Below, piece by piece: positions 52,220 through 61,783 of a stretch of DNA of 64,000 nucleotides. A program made the translations under genes and the position numbers. Source of the DNA: an uncultured delta proteobacterium (GTDB lineage Bacteria; Myxococcota; UBA727; VGSZ01). Below the pieces are notes generated by a model. That model worked only from the letters and a program-made list of their open reading frames with translations. It searched no databases and was not told the origin of the DNA. Numbering within the stretch: position 1 is the stretch's first letter; the number at the start of each line of letters is the position of its first letter. The stretch covers positions 224,001 through 288,000 of the forward strand of contig CAVZJB010000013.1 of assembly GCA_963775425.1 (NCBI GenBank), in the 5' to 3' direction.

Positions 52220-54472
52220 GCGCAGGACGAGCGGGAAGCTCACGTCGTCGACGCTGCCGTCGAGGATGGCGTAGGTGACCCACGAGCCCGTCACCTTCTT
52301 CACGTAGTTGCGCGTCTCGTCGACCGGGATGCGCTCCACCCACGCGTCGAGCGGGCCCTTGGGGTTCCACTTCCTCACGGCCCCGGGGCCGGCGTTGTAG
52401 GCGGCGATGGCGAGCGCGGGGTGCTTCATCATGCGCAGCCGGCGGGCGAGGTGCGAGGCCGCCAGGCGCGCGTTGAGCACGGGATCTTTGAGGTCGTCGA
52501 CCGTCGGCTTCGGGAGCTTCTCGCTCTTCGCCTCGTCGCCCGCCGTCGGCATCATGAGCTGGCACAGGCCCACGGCGCCGGCCCACGACACGACGTCGGC
52601 GTCGAACGCGCTCTCCTCGCGCGCCAGCCCGAACAACAGCGGGCGCGGCACCTTGTGGGCGTCGGCGGCGGCGTCGACGGCGGCGGCGTGCGCGAGCGGC
52701 CAGTCGAGCGACCACGCGAGCGCCGTCTCCGTCGACGGCGACCCCGGCAGCAGCGCGAGCCCCCCGTCGCGCAACAGCGCGTGGCCCGCGCCCGGGTCGC
52801 CGGCCTCGGACAAATAAAGCGCGAGCACGAAGCGGTCCTCGGGGACGAGCCGGGCGGCGGCGGCGCTGCCGGGCCCGGCGCCGATGTCGACGTCGGCGAT
52901 GGCGCCGAGCACGAGCAAGGCCTCCGCGTCGTAGCCCCCCGCGACCAGCGCGCGCGCGAGGACGAAGCGCGGGTCGGCGGCCAGCGCCTTGCTCGCCGTC
53001 AACGACGCCCCCGGCGACAGCGCCGCCTCACGCACGTGCGTCGGCGTCGCGGCCGGCGCGGACGGCGCTCCCTTCGCCGACGCCACCTTCGGCGCGCCGC
53101 CCCTGGCGACGCCGGCCTCGACGTCCTTCACGAGCAGGCGCGCGAGCTCGCCGTACCAGCTCGCCGGCCGCGACGACGCCAGCGCCGCCAGCGCCGACAG
53201 CGCCGCGTCGCGCTTGGTGTCGTCGCCGGTGACCTCGAGCGAGTCCAGGCGCGGGGCGAGGCCGAGCCGCGCGCGCCAGTACAGGGCGCGGTCCGCGATC
53301 AAGAGCTGGCCGCCGTGGGGCGCGAGGCGGGCGGCGTCGTCGAGGGCGGCGCGCGCGCCTTCGACGTCGCCGGCGGCGGCGCGCGACCACGCGATGCGGA
53401 AGCGCGCCTCGTGCACCATGTCGCCGCCGGGGAAGCTCTTCACGATGCGCGACCACGCCGCCTCCGCGGCCTTGTGGTCGCCGGCGTCCTCGGCGAGGTC
53501 GCCGGTCCACATCAGGACGTCGTCGGTGAGCCTGTCGTCGGGCCACGACTTGACGAACGCCGCCAGCAGCGCCGGCGCGCTCGCGCTGTGCGTCACCCAC
53601 GCGACGCGCGCGGCCAGGTAGGCGGCGCGCTCCTTGACGTCGTCGCTGCAGCGGGCGGCGACGTCGTCGAGCTCCTTCTTGGCCGCGTGGTACTTGCGCA
53701 GCTTGCGGTACGCCTTGCCCATCAACAGGCGCGCCTCGCAGGCGGGCGCGCTCGTGTCCTTTTGCTTCACGAGCGGAGACAACAGCGCGATGACGTCGTC
53801 ACTCGCGTGGCGCGCGGCCAGCGCGTCGGCGCGCTTGACGGCGGCGGCGAGGTCTTCGGGCGGGCGGTGCTGCGCCGCGGGCAGCGCCGTGGCCTTCTTG
53901 CCCGCCGCGGTGTCGGGCAGCTCCACCAGCAGGCGCTCGAGCGCGCGCGCGGACTGTGCCTTGTCGCCGCGCGCGACGAGGACGAAGAGCGCCCGGCCGA
54001 GCGCCTCACGGCGCGCGTCGTCGAACAGGCCCACCGGCAGGTCCACGGCGCCCCCGATGCCCGCCGCGGGCAGGTCGTGGGCGTCGATGAACGCGGCGAT
54101 CTCGTCGACGACGAGCGGGTCCTTCCCGAGCGGCGACGCCGCCACCTCGCTGTACGCCGCGAGGGCGCCGGGGACGTCGTGGGCGGCGGCGCGGCAGCGG
54201 CCCGCGCGCAGGGTGGCCGCGGGCCCGCGCGACGACCCCCGGTCCTTTTCGTAGAGCGCGCACGCGGCCTTCTCGTCGCCGAGCTGCTCGAGGGCGGCCC
54301 CCGCGAGCCCCGGCGCGTCCACGCCGGCGGCGGTGGCGAGGGTGTGCGCTTCGTCGAAACGGCCGGCCGCAAAGGCGGCGCGCGCGGCGGCGAGCGGGTC
54401 GATCGCGGCGATCTTCACCCCCGCGGCGGCGGAGGCGACAGAGAGGACGGCGGCGACGACGAGCGCATGCAT
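52217..54472 (-). CDS. Soluble lytic transglycosylase (Slt70-like, TPR-like helices + SLT domain)
   Basis: Signal peptide at ATG 54472; REESAF, GAVGLCQLM, AAYNAGPG, ETRNYVKKV. Confidence 0.92.
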   Translation of the reverse strand: MHALVVAAVLSVASAAAGVKIAAIDPLAAARAAFAAGRFDEAHTLATAAGVDAPGLAGAALEQLGDEKAACALYEKDRGSSRGPAATLRAGRCRAAAHDVPGALAAYSEVAASPLGKDPLVVDEIAAFIDAHDLPAAGIGGAVDLPVGLFDDARREALGRALFVLVARGDKAQSARALERLLVELPDTAAGKKATALPAAQHRPPEDLAAAVKRADALAARHASDDVIALLSPLVKQKDTSAPACEARLLMGKAYRKLRKYHAAKKELDDVAARCSDDVKERAAYLAARVAWVTHSASAPALLAAFVKSWPDDRLTDDVLMWTGDLAEDAGDHKAAEAAWSRIVKSFPGGDMVHEARFRIAWSRAAAGDVEGARAALDDAARLAPHGGQLLIADRALYWRARLGLAPRLDSLEVTGDDTKRDAALSALAALASSRPASWYGELARLLVKDVEAGVARGGAPKVASAKGAPSAPAATPTHVREAALSPGASLTASKALAADPRFVLARALVAGGYDAEALLVLGAIADVDIGAGPGSAAAARLVPEDRFVLALYLSEAGDPGAGHALLRDGGLALLPGSPSTETALAWSLDWPLAHAAAVDAAADAHKVPRPLLFGLAREESAFDADVVSWAGAVGLCQLMMPTAGDEAKSEKLPKPTVDDLKDPVLNARLAASHLARRLRMMKHPALAIAAYNAGPGAVRKWNPKGPLDAWVERIPVDETRNYVKKVTGSWVTYAILDGSVDDVSFPLVLR

Positions 54473-54628
54473 CGAGAGTTCCCTGCGCTGCGCAGCTCGG
54501 GAAAACGCCCCGGGCCCGCGCGCGATTCCGGCGGCGCCGCTGCGCACCCGCCGGGGCGCGCACCGGAATGTGCTCGCCACGGCGAGGGACGAGCGCCACG
54601 CGTGCGGGGCTTTGCTACAACGGTGGCC

Positions 54629-56146
54629 ATGTTTGGTCGATCGCCCGCTCCCCCTTCGCTCCCGCCGCACGCATCGAGAGGGCCCCGGCGCGCGCCGCCG
54701 GCCGCGTTCGCGCTGCCCGTCGTCGTCGCCGTCCTCGTCGTCCCCGTCCTCGTCGGCGCCGCGCCCGCCGCGGCCGAGACGCTGTGGACGCAGCCGGCGG
54801 CGAAGCAATCGGCGGTGGGCATCCCATCGGTGGCGCCGCTCGTCGACAAGCTCGAGCCCGCCGTGCTCGTCATCTTCACCGAGGCCGACTTCAACCCCGA
54901 GACGGACCTCCCCCCGGGGCACCCGCCGCTGCCGGAAGGCATGCCGTTCCCCTTCGAGGGCGACGCCGAGCCCGAGGTGCGTGGGCAGGGCGCGGGCTTC
55001 CTCATCACATCGACGGGCTACGCGCTCACCAACCACCACGTCGTCGAAAACGCCAAGTCCATCACCGTGCGCGTGGGCACGGGCCACGACGAGATCAGCG
55101 CCAGCGTGGTCGGCAGCGACGAAAAGACCGACATCGCGCTCATCAAGCTCGACAGCCCCCGCACCGATTGGCCGGTGATCCCCCTCGGCGACAGCGCGGC
55201 GATGCACGTGGGCGACTTCGTCGTCGCCATCGGCTCGCCGTTCGGGCTCGAGCAGTCGGTGAGCGTGGGCATCATCAGCGGCCGCTCTCGACGTGACATC
55301 GCGCCCTCGGGGCGCGAGGGCCTCTACGACTTCATGCAGACCGACGCGAGCATCAACCCCGGCAACTCCGGCGGCCCGCTCTTGAACCTCTACGGCGAGG
55401 CCATCGGCATGAACAGCGCCGTCAACGCCGCCGGCAGCGGCATCGGTTTCGCCATCCCCATCAACATGGTGAAGAAGCTCCTGCCGTCGTTGAAGGACAA
55501 GGGGCACTTCGCGCGCTCGTGGATCGGCGTGCAGATCACGGGCGTCGAGAAGGGCGTGGCCACGGGGCTTGGGCTCGATCGTGTGCGCGGCGCGCTCGTG
55601 CGCGAGGTGGTCGACGGCGGGCCCGCGCAAAAGGGCGGCATCGAGCCCGGCGACGTCATCCTCGCGTTCGAGGGCAAGAACATCGAGGACAGCTACGAGC
55701 TGCCGCTGCTCGCGGGCAACGCGGGGGTGGGCAAGACGGTGAAGGTGGAGGTGATGCGCGACGGCAAGCCCAAGACCCTGGCGGTCACGCTCGGCGACCA
55801 CCCCGACAACGCCGCCCCCAAGAAGGAAGCGCACGCGGCGCACAAGGCGGCGGAGAAGGACGGCAGCCTCGGCGTCGTCGTCGTCACCCTGGACGCGGAC
55901 GACCGCGACCGCTTGAAGCTCAAGTCCGACGTCGTCGGCACGCGCATCACCAAGGTGCGGCCGGGCTCGCCCGCGTTCGTCGCCGGGCTCCAGCCCGACG
56001 ACGTCATCGTCACGGTGAACAAGAAGGACATTCGCACCGCCAACGACTTCGCCGCCATCGTCAAAGGCACGCCCGACGGCGGCCTCTTGAAGATCCTCCT
56101 GCGGCGGAGCGGCGCCACGATCTTCATCCCGCTGGAAAAGCCGTGA
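54629..56146 (+). CDS. Do/DegQ-family (HtrA) serine protease with two PDZ domains
   Basis: LTNHHVV, DIALIK, QTDASINPGNSGGPL, GIGFAIP, two PDZ regions. Confidence 0.95.
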   Translation: MFGRSPAPPSLPPHASRGPRRAPPAAFALPVVVAVLVVPVLVGAAPAAAETLWTQPAAKQSAVGIPSVAPLVDKLEPAVLVIFTEADFNPETDLPPGHPPLPEGMPFPFEGDAEPEVRGQGAGFLITSTGYALTNHHVVENAKSITVRVGTGHDEISASVVGSDEKTDIALIKLDSPRTDWPVIPLGDSAAMHVGDFVVAIGSPFGLEQSVSVGIISGRSRRDIAPSGREGLYDFMQTDASINPGNSGGPLLNLYGEAIGMNSAVNAAGSGIGFAIPINMVKKLLPSLKDKGHFARSWIGVQITGVEKGVATGLGLDRVRGALVREVVDGGPAQKGGIEPGDVILAFEGKNIEDSYELPLLAGNAGVGKTVKVEVMRDGKPKTLAVTLGDHPDNAAPKKEAHAAHKAAEKDGSLGVVVVTLDADDRDRLKLKSDVVGTRITKVRPGSPAFVAGLQPDDVIVTVNKKDIRTANDFAAIVKGTPDGGLLKILLRRSGATIFIPLEKP

Positions 56147-56663
56147 TCGAGACCGAGGACCTCGCCACCCGGGCGCAGCGCATCAAGGTCATCGGGTTCG
56201 ACGTCGACGGCGTGTGCACCGACGGCCGCCTGTACTACGGCCCCGGCGGCGAGGCGCTGCACGCGTTCTGCGCGCGCGACGGGCTCGGCATCGTGCTCGC
56301 GCGCAAGGCGGGCATCGTGATGGTGGCGGTGAGCGGCCGCAAGAGCCCCAACGTCCACGCGCGGCTCACCGAGCTGCGCGTGCCGCACATCGTGCAGGGC
56401 GCGGGCAACAAGGTCGACGCGTTCGGCGCCGTGCTCCGCGAGGTGGGCGCGCAATGGAACGAGGCGGCGTTCATCGGCGACGACGTCAACGACGTCCCTT
56501 GCATGAAGCGAGCGGGCCTCGCGGCCTGCGTCCCCGACGCCGCCGACGGCGTGGACGCGTTCGCGCACGTCGTGGTGCGCCGGCGCGGCGGCGAGGGTGC
56601 GTTGCGCGAGCTCATCGAGATCGTGCTGCGCTCGCAGGGCCTGTGGTCCGTGGACGGTGAGGC

Positions 56664-56667
<4 letters not shown>
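56143..56667 (+). CDS. kdsC: KDO 8-phosphate phosphatase (HAD family)
   Basis: FDVDGV.TDG..Y, RDG.GI, SGR, GDDVND, GGEGALRE; GTGA overlap with the protease gene. Confidence 0.9.
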
Positions 56668-57079
<412 letters not shown>

Positions 57080-57083
<4 letters not shown>

Positions 57084-57688
57084 CGCCCCGCGCGCCACAG
57101 GGGCGCGCCCCCCGACGAGGGTTCACGGCGGCACAGGGCCGCGCCCTCCGCCCTGGCGCGGCGCCGGTTCGTTTCAGCGTGGCGGGGATGCTCGTCGCGC
57201 TCTGGGCCCTCGGGAGCGCCGGCTGTCTGCTCGGCGACGTCACCGGCGTGCCCTGCGCGAAGGACGGCGAGTGCCCGACGACGTACTTCTGCGATCTGCC
57301 GCGCGCCGCGTGCCGCAAGCAGAGCGACCACGACGGGCCGCCGGCGCTGCGCGTCGACAAGGTGCGGGACAGCTCCGGCGACCTCGTGCTCCTGCCCAAG
57401 GTCCCCGACGCGGCCACGTCCCCCCTGGGGCTCCACCTCGTCAACGACGGCGACGGCCCCGCCGACCTCATCGGCGTCAGCTTCACCTTCCTCGCCTGCG
57501 TCGAATTCCGCGTGCCGCCGGAGAACGTCCCCGACACCATCCCGGGCAAGGGCGACGCCGAGGTGGGCATCGAGGTCACCACCGGCGGCCCCGACTGCGG
57601 CGGCGTCCAGATCGTGGACTGGTTCCTGACCTTCTCCGGGCGCGAGCAGCGCGGCGCGTTCGACCTCGACGTGCTGCAGAACCCGTAG
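57080..57688 (+). CDS. Hypothetical lipoprotein with small Cys-rich domain; start may be ATG 57188
   Basis: SAG-C lipobox, CAKDGECPTTYFC motif, GTGA overlap. Confidence 0.65.
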
Positions 57689-57723
57689 CGCCGAAGCCGC
57701 ACGACGGCGATCGATGCGCCTGC

Positions 57724-58071
57724 TCAAGCCACGCGCGCGGCGGCGGCGCGCACGTGGTCGTCGAGCCACGCGTCGAGCCGCGCGCGCGACTGCGCGCCCA
57801 CGAGCTGCGCGACGACGCGGCCGCCGTCGAACAACAGCAGCGTCGGCAGCGAGCGCACGCCGAGGCGCGCTGCGGCGTCGGCGTTGTCGTCGGCGTCGAC
57901 GGTGACGACGTCGACGTCCGTGCGCGACCCGGCGATGGCCACCAGGTGCGGCTCGATGGCGCGACACGGCGGGCACCAGCGCGCGCTGAATTCCACCAGC
58001 AGCGGGCGCGGTGCGCTCTTCACGGCGTGCTCAAGCGTGGCGTCGGTGAGCGGCTTCAACGTGTGTGGCAT
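57724..58071 (-). CDS. Thioredoxin
   Basis: FSARWCPPC, GVRSLPTLLLF; GAGGAG RBS upstream. Confidence 0.92.
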   Translation of the reverse strand: MPHTLKPLTDATLEHAVKSAPRPLLVEFSARWCPPCRAIEPHLVAIAGSRTDVDVVTVDADDNADAAARLGVRSLPTLLLFDGGRVVAQLVGAQSRARLDAWLDDHVRAAAARVA

Positions 58072-58666
58072 CGGGAGCTCCTCGGGGCGTCTTCGTGCGT
58101 CCCCGGGGAAGTGCCGTCCGCGGCGCGTTTTGTGTCACGTGGGCGCGCAGCGCCTTGCGGGCGCGCTTGATCCGGCTGCGCACGGCGTCGTCCGTCAGGC
58201 CGAACTGCGCGGCGATCTCCTCGCTCGTGTACCCCTCGGTCGCGAGCAGGAACGCGAGCCGGTCCGTGCGCGACAGCGTCATCAGCGCGGCCCCGAGCAC
58301 CTCGGCGAGCTCCCGCCGCTCGGCCACGGCCTCGGGGTCCTCGCACGCGCACGGGCGCTCGACGTCGTCGTGCACCGTGCGCAGCGGGTCGTTCCGCGGG
58401 TCCCGGTTCATGCGCGAGCAGCTCCGCGCCACGAGCACCGACAGCCAGGCAAGCGCGCTGCCCTCGCCCCGGTAGCTCCTCAGCGCGGCGCCCGCGTTTT
58501 CGAGCGCCTGCTGCACTGCGTCCTCGGCGTCGTGCGGGGAGCGGCAGTGGCGCCGGGCCACCGCGAGGAGCCGGGGCCCGTACGCGCGCGCGAGGCGGTC
58601 GAGCGCCTCGGCGTCGCCGGCCTGCATCAGGCGCTGGAGGTCTTCCGCGGACGGGGGCATGGCCAT
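58031..58666 (-). CDS. ECF sigma factor with a CxC motif between regions 2 and 4
   Basis: DAEDAVQQAL, YRGEGS..AWL, RPCACED linker, EEIA..AVRSRIKRAR. Confidence 0.88.
   Translation of the reverse strand: MAMPPSAEDLQRLMQAGDAEALDRLARAYGPRLLAVARRHCRSPHDAEDAVQQALENAGAALRSYRGEGSALAWLSVLVARSCSRMNRDPRNDPLRTVHDDVERPCACEDPEAVAERRELAEVLGAALMTLSRTDRLAFLLATEGYTSEEIAAQFGLTDDAVRSRIKRARKALRAHVTQNAPRTALPRGRTKTPRGAPDATHVEAAHRRHA
58110..58138 (-). promoter_or_regulatory. ECF promoter candidate GTGACACAA-N13-CGGCACT for the thioredoxin gene
   Basis: Same boxes and spacing as 58673-58701. Confidence 0.7.
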
Positions 58667-58672
58667 GATGAG

Positions 58673-58701
58673 AGTGCCGCCGGGGGCCCGCGTTGTGTCA
58701 C
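58673..58701 (-). promoter_or_regulatory. ECF autoregulatory promoter candidate GTGACACAA-N13-CGGCACT
   Basis: Ends 6 nt before ATG 58666; repeated at 58110-58138. Confidence 0.7.
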
Positions 58702-58790
58702 GGATCTGCTCCGCCGCGGAAAAGCGGGTCACGGCGGGCGCTCCCGGGCCCACACCGGTCGACCGCACACTGCGGATCATGGAGGAACCC

Positions 58791-58910
58791 GTGAAGCTCA
58801 GCCGTTGGCTCATCGTTGTCGCCGCCCTCGCCGTCCCCACGCTCGCCCTCGCCGCCGACCACGCCGTCGGCGGCTGCTGCCCCCTCGGTGGATGGTGTCC
58901 GTTCTGCTGA
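58791..58910 (+). CDS. 39-aa secreted Cys-rich peptide (MKLSRWLIVVAALAVPTLALA-ADHAVGGCCPLGGWCPFC)
   Basis: GGAGG at 58781-58785, GTG 58791, clear Sec signal with an AxA site, host-like codon usage. Confidence 0.75.
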   Translation: MKLSRWLIVVAALAVPTLALAADHAVGGCCPLGGWCPFC

Positions 58911-58916
58911 GAGGAG

Positions 58917-58950
58917 GCCGGCGGGCGGAGCCCGGCTCCGCTCTGCCGGC
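58917..58950 (+). other. GC-rich stem-loop between the peptide gene and the second ECF gene
   Basis: GCCGGCGGGCGGAGC-CCG-GCTCCGCTCTGCCGGC; no U-tract. Confidence 0.5.
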
Positions 58951-58959
58951 GGTGACGTC

Positions 58960-59466
58960 ATGCGCGAGCTTCAGGGGGCGATGGCGGCGGTGGCCGCGGG
59001 CGATCGGTCCGCGTTCGACGACGTGTTTCGCGCCCTGTGGCCGCGCTGCCGCGCCTTCGCCAGGAAGCTCCTCGACGACGACGCCCTCGCCGACGACGCC
59101 GCCCAGCAGGCGCTCGTGCAGCTCTTCGCGCAAGCGCCGCGCTTCGACCCGAAGCGGAGCGCCGTGGGGTGGGCCTTGACCTTGACGCTGTTTCAGGCGC
59201 GAACGGCCCGGAAGAGGCGCGCGCGCCGCCGCGACGCCGGCGTCCCCGACGACGTCCGCGCGCCGTCGCGCAGCCCCGAGGACCACGCCGTGCGCGCCGA
59301 CGCCGTCGCCGCCGCCCTCGACGTCGTCGACGGGCTCTCGCCGCTCGACCGAAGCGAGGTCCTGCGCGCGCTCGATGACCACGACAGCGGCGACGCCGCC
59401 GCCCGCAAGCGCCGGCAACGCGCGTTCGAGCGGCTCCGCGCCGCGTGGAGGGCCCGTCATGGCTGA
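58960..59466 (+). CDS. ECF sigma factor, divergent region 4
   Basis: AAGDRSAFDDVF, ADDAAQQAL..FDPKR..W, RKRRQRAFERLR. Confidence 0.8.
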   Translation: MRELQGAMAAVAAGDRSAFDDVFRALWPRCRAFARKLLDDDALADDAAQQALVQLFAQAPRFDPKRSAVGWALTLTLFQARTARKRRARRRDAGVPDDVRAPSRSPEDHAVRADAVAAALDVVDGLSPLDRSEVLRALDDHDSGDAAARKRRQRAFERLRAAWRARHG

Positions 59467-60067
59467 GCCGACTTCCCCGCGCCCCGGCGCCGGCGACGAC
59501 GTCGACGCGCTCTCTCCCGCCGCCGCCCGGGCGGCCCGACGCGCGCGCTTCGCCCTCGAGCGCGGGCGGCTCGTATGGGGCTTCGTCCTCGCCGTCCCCG
59601 TCGCCGCCGCGGGCGCCGCCCTCGCCGTCGCGCTCGGCCCCACGCGCGCCGGCCCCGTCGCCACCGGCGCCCTCGTCCTCGTGCTCGTCACCGGCGCCGG
59701 CTGGAAGAGCCGCGCCTGCCTCGCCGGCTGCGTGGCGGGCCTCGCCCTCGGCGCGCTGCCGTTCCTGGCCATGCGCGCGGGCGGCGTGGCCTGCTCCGTC
59801 GGCGGGCGCTGCGTCGGCGACAGCGCGCTCGTCTGTGCGCTCGGCGGGCTCCTCGCGGGGCTCGCGCTCGCGGCGGTCGCGCGCAGGCTCGGCGCGTTCG
59901 CCGCCGGCGACGTCGTCGCCGGCGCCTGCGCGGGGGCCGCGTTGCACCTCGCCGTGGGCTGCCCGGGCGCGGGGCTGTTCGAGGCGGTGGGGCTCGTGGG
60001 CGCGTTCCTCGTCGGCGCCGCGCCCGTGCTCACCCTGCGAGGCGCGCGGCGAGCCAGCGCGCGATGA
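59459..60067 (+). CDS. Cys-rich multi-pass membrane protein, putative anti-sigma factor
   Basis: Overlaps the sigma stop codon; about six hydrophobic segments; 7 Cys (CLAGC, ACSVGGRC, LVC, GAC, VGC). Confidence 0.65.
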   Translation: MAEPTSPRPGAGDDVDALSPAAARAARRARFALERGRLVWGFVLAVPVAAAGAALAVALGPTRAGPVATGALVLVLVTGAGWKSRACLAGCVAGLALGALPFLAMRAGGVACSVGGRCVGDSALVCALGGLLAGLALAAVARRLGAFAAGDVVAGACAGAALHLAVGCPGAGLFEAVGLVGAFLVGAAPVLTLRGARRASAR

Positions 60068-60848
60068 ACGGCGCCTCGTGCTTCTGCAGGAAGTGACCGC
60101 CGCGCTTCGTGTGCAGGTGGGTCATGAGGGGCGCGCCGGACAAGGCGCGCGCGAGCGCGAAGCCGCACGCGGCTTCGACGAGGGGATCGTCGTCGGCGCT
60201 GACGACGAGCGCCGGGCAGCGGACGCGCGGGCAGGCGACGCGCAGCTCCTCGAAGGAGTGGTCGCCGATGACGCGCATATGGTGCTGCACGACGTCGAGG
60301 GTGAGCGCCTGCTCGCTCTTGAGGCCGCGCTCTCCGTACATGCGCGCGGCGGCGCCGTGGATGCGCTCCCCGACGACGGGGAGGTCCATGGCGTCGCTGA
60401 GCCGCTTGACCACACGCGGCGGGATGGGCCCGAAGCCGCGGTGGCGTCTGGGACCGATGCTGTTCATGCAGACGAGCGCCGTGACCTCGTCGGGGAAGCA
60501 GGCGGCGGCGAGGATGGCGGCGCCGCCGCCGAAGCTGTGGCCGCCGACGGCGAACGTGGAATGCCCCAGGGCGCGCATGAGCTGCCGCAGGAACGCGCCC
60601 CGGTCGGCGGGCTTCGTCGAAGGGAAGGCGTCGGGCGGGGTCTTTCCGAAGCCGGGCATGTCGACGCGGACGGCGCAGACGCCGCGGGCGGCGAGGGCGG
60701 GCCCGAGATAACGAAAGTCGCGGACGCTGCCGGGGATGCCGTGGACGAGGACCACGGCGGGGCCTTCGCCCTCGACGACGACGTGGACCTTGCCGACGAA
60801 CGTCCCCCCGGGGTCCGTCGGCGCCACAGCGTCGCTTGCGCTCGTCAC
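60030..60848 (-). CDS. Alpha/beta fold hydrolase
   Basis: VLVHGIPG, DMPGFGKT, GHSFGG, DDP, GGH; GTGA overlap with the upstream gene. Confidence 0.9.
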   Translation of the reverse strand: MTSASDAVAPTDPGGTFVGKVHVVVEGEGPAVVLVHGIPGSVRDFRYLGPALAARGVCAVRVDMPGFGKTPPDAFPSTKPADRGAFLRQLMRALGHSTFAVGGHSFGGGAAILAAACFPDEVTALVCMNSIGPRRHRGFGPIPPRVVKRLSDAMDLPVVGERIHGAAARMYGERGLKSEQALTLDVVQHHMRVIGDHSFEELRVACPRVRCPALVVSADDDPLVEAACGFALARALSGAPLMTHLHTKRGGHFLQKHEAPFIARWLAARLAG

Positions 60849-61591
60849 GGCGTTTCCGGCGGCGGCGGGGCGGCGTCCGCTTCGACGATGGCGCGGAAGC
60901 CGGAGTCGAGCGCCTTGTCTCCGGCGGCGACGAGCTCCTTCTCCGTCGGCCACATCTCGCCGTCGTCTTCGTGGAACGCCGCGAGGATGGCGGCGCAGAC
61001 GCCGTCGTCGTCGGCGGAGGCCGCGGGGACGTCGATCTTCATCCGCGGCGGCTCGGCGCTCGCGGCCTCGGCGACAGCGGCGACGTCGCGGCCGGCGCCG
61101 TCGACGACGAGGCCCTCGAGCTCGACGTAGACGAGCGGGACGCGGAAGCCGGGGGCGCATACGCTCGCTTCCTTCTTGTCCGCGCGGTAGCGGAGCGCGA
61201 AGGTGCCTTCCTTCTCCTCGACGACGATTCGCGGGTGCTCGACGATCTGCCCGAAGTGCACGCCGCCGAATTCCGCGGCGCCGCCGGCTGCGTCTTCGAT
61301 CTCGGCGCCGTGCGCGACCAGCCAGCGAAAGAGCACCCGGCCGGCCCAGGGGTCCACGCCGGGGCCCCCGACGACGGCGGCGCGCTCGAGGTGCACGCGC
61401 GACAACAGCCCGGGCTTGAGCGCGCGGGCGTCGCCGACGGTGCGCGAGTTGAGAAGCGGAAACAGACCGGTGGCGTCGAGAGTGACCGTGAGCTTTGGTT
61501 GTTCGTTCTCGCGGGGGACTTGCGGCGACTCCTTCGTCGCCGTCGTGGCGCAAGACGCGCAGAGCACCAGGGCGACGAGGAGCCGGGTCAC
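60845..61591 (-). CDS. Hypothetical lipoprotein
   Basis: VTRLLVALVLCAS-C signal, coding-like composition. Confidence 0.65.
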   Translation of the reverse strand: MTRLLVALVLCASCATTATKESPQVPRENEQPKLTVTLDATGLFPLLNSRTVGDARALKPGLLSRVHLERAAVVGGPGVDPWAGRVLFRWLVAHGAEIEDAAGGAAEFGGVHFGQIVEHPRIVVEEKEGTFALRYRADKKEASVCAPGFRVPLVYVELEGLVVDGAGRDVAAVAEAASAEPPRMKIDVPAASADDDGVCAAILAAFHEDDGEMWPTEKELVAAGDKALDSGFRAIVEADAAPPPPETP

Positions 61592-61637
61592 GAGCGGGCT
61601 TTGCTTATACCCAGCGGGAGCCCGATGGGAACGGGCC

Positions 61638-61783
61638 GCGCCGCCTGGTCCGGCGGTGAGGCTCTTCCCCTTCGGGCGCCCAGGTTCCCTTCGCGCCGAG
61701 ATTCGGCCCAAGCAATGCCGCGGCCGTGCCGGGGGCGGGCGCCCTCCGGCGAAGAACCTCACCGCCGGCCCGGTCGGCAGCGC
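61638..61783 (-). other. Long intergenic inverted repeat, possible structured RNA or MITE-like element
   Basis: 61650-61667 pairs with 61751-61768 at 17/18 positions; inner GGGCGCCC pair 61674-61681 / 61737-61744. Confidence 0.45.

Noticed and set aside
51698-54628. Apparent 977-aa N-terminal extension of the HtrA protease (similar extensions on ald, slt, the CAP protein and ORF 42940..49659)
   Set aside because: The extensions run antisense to or across real genes and repeats; signal peptides and RBS or -10 boxes mark later starts.
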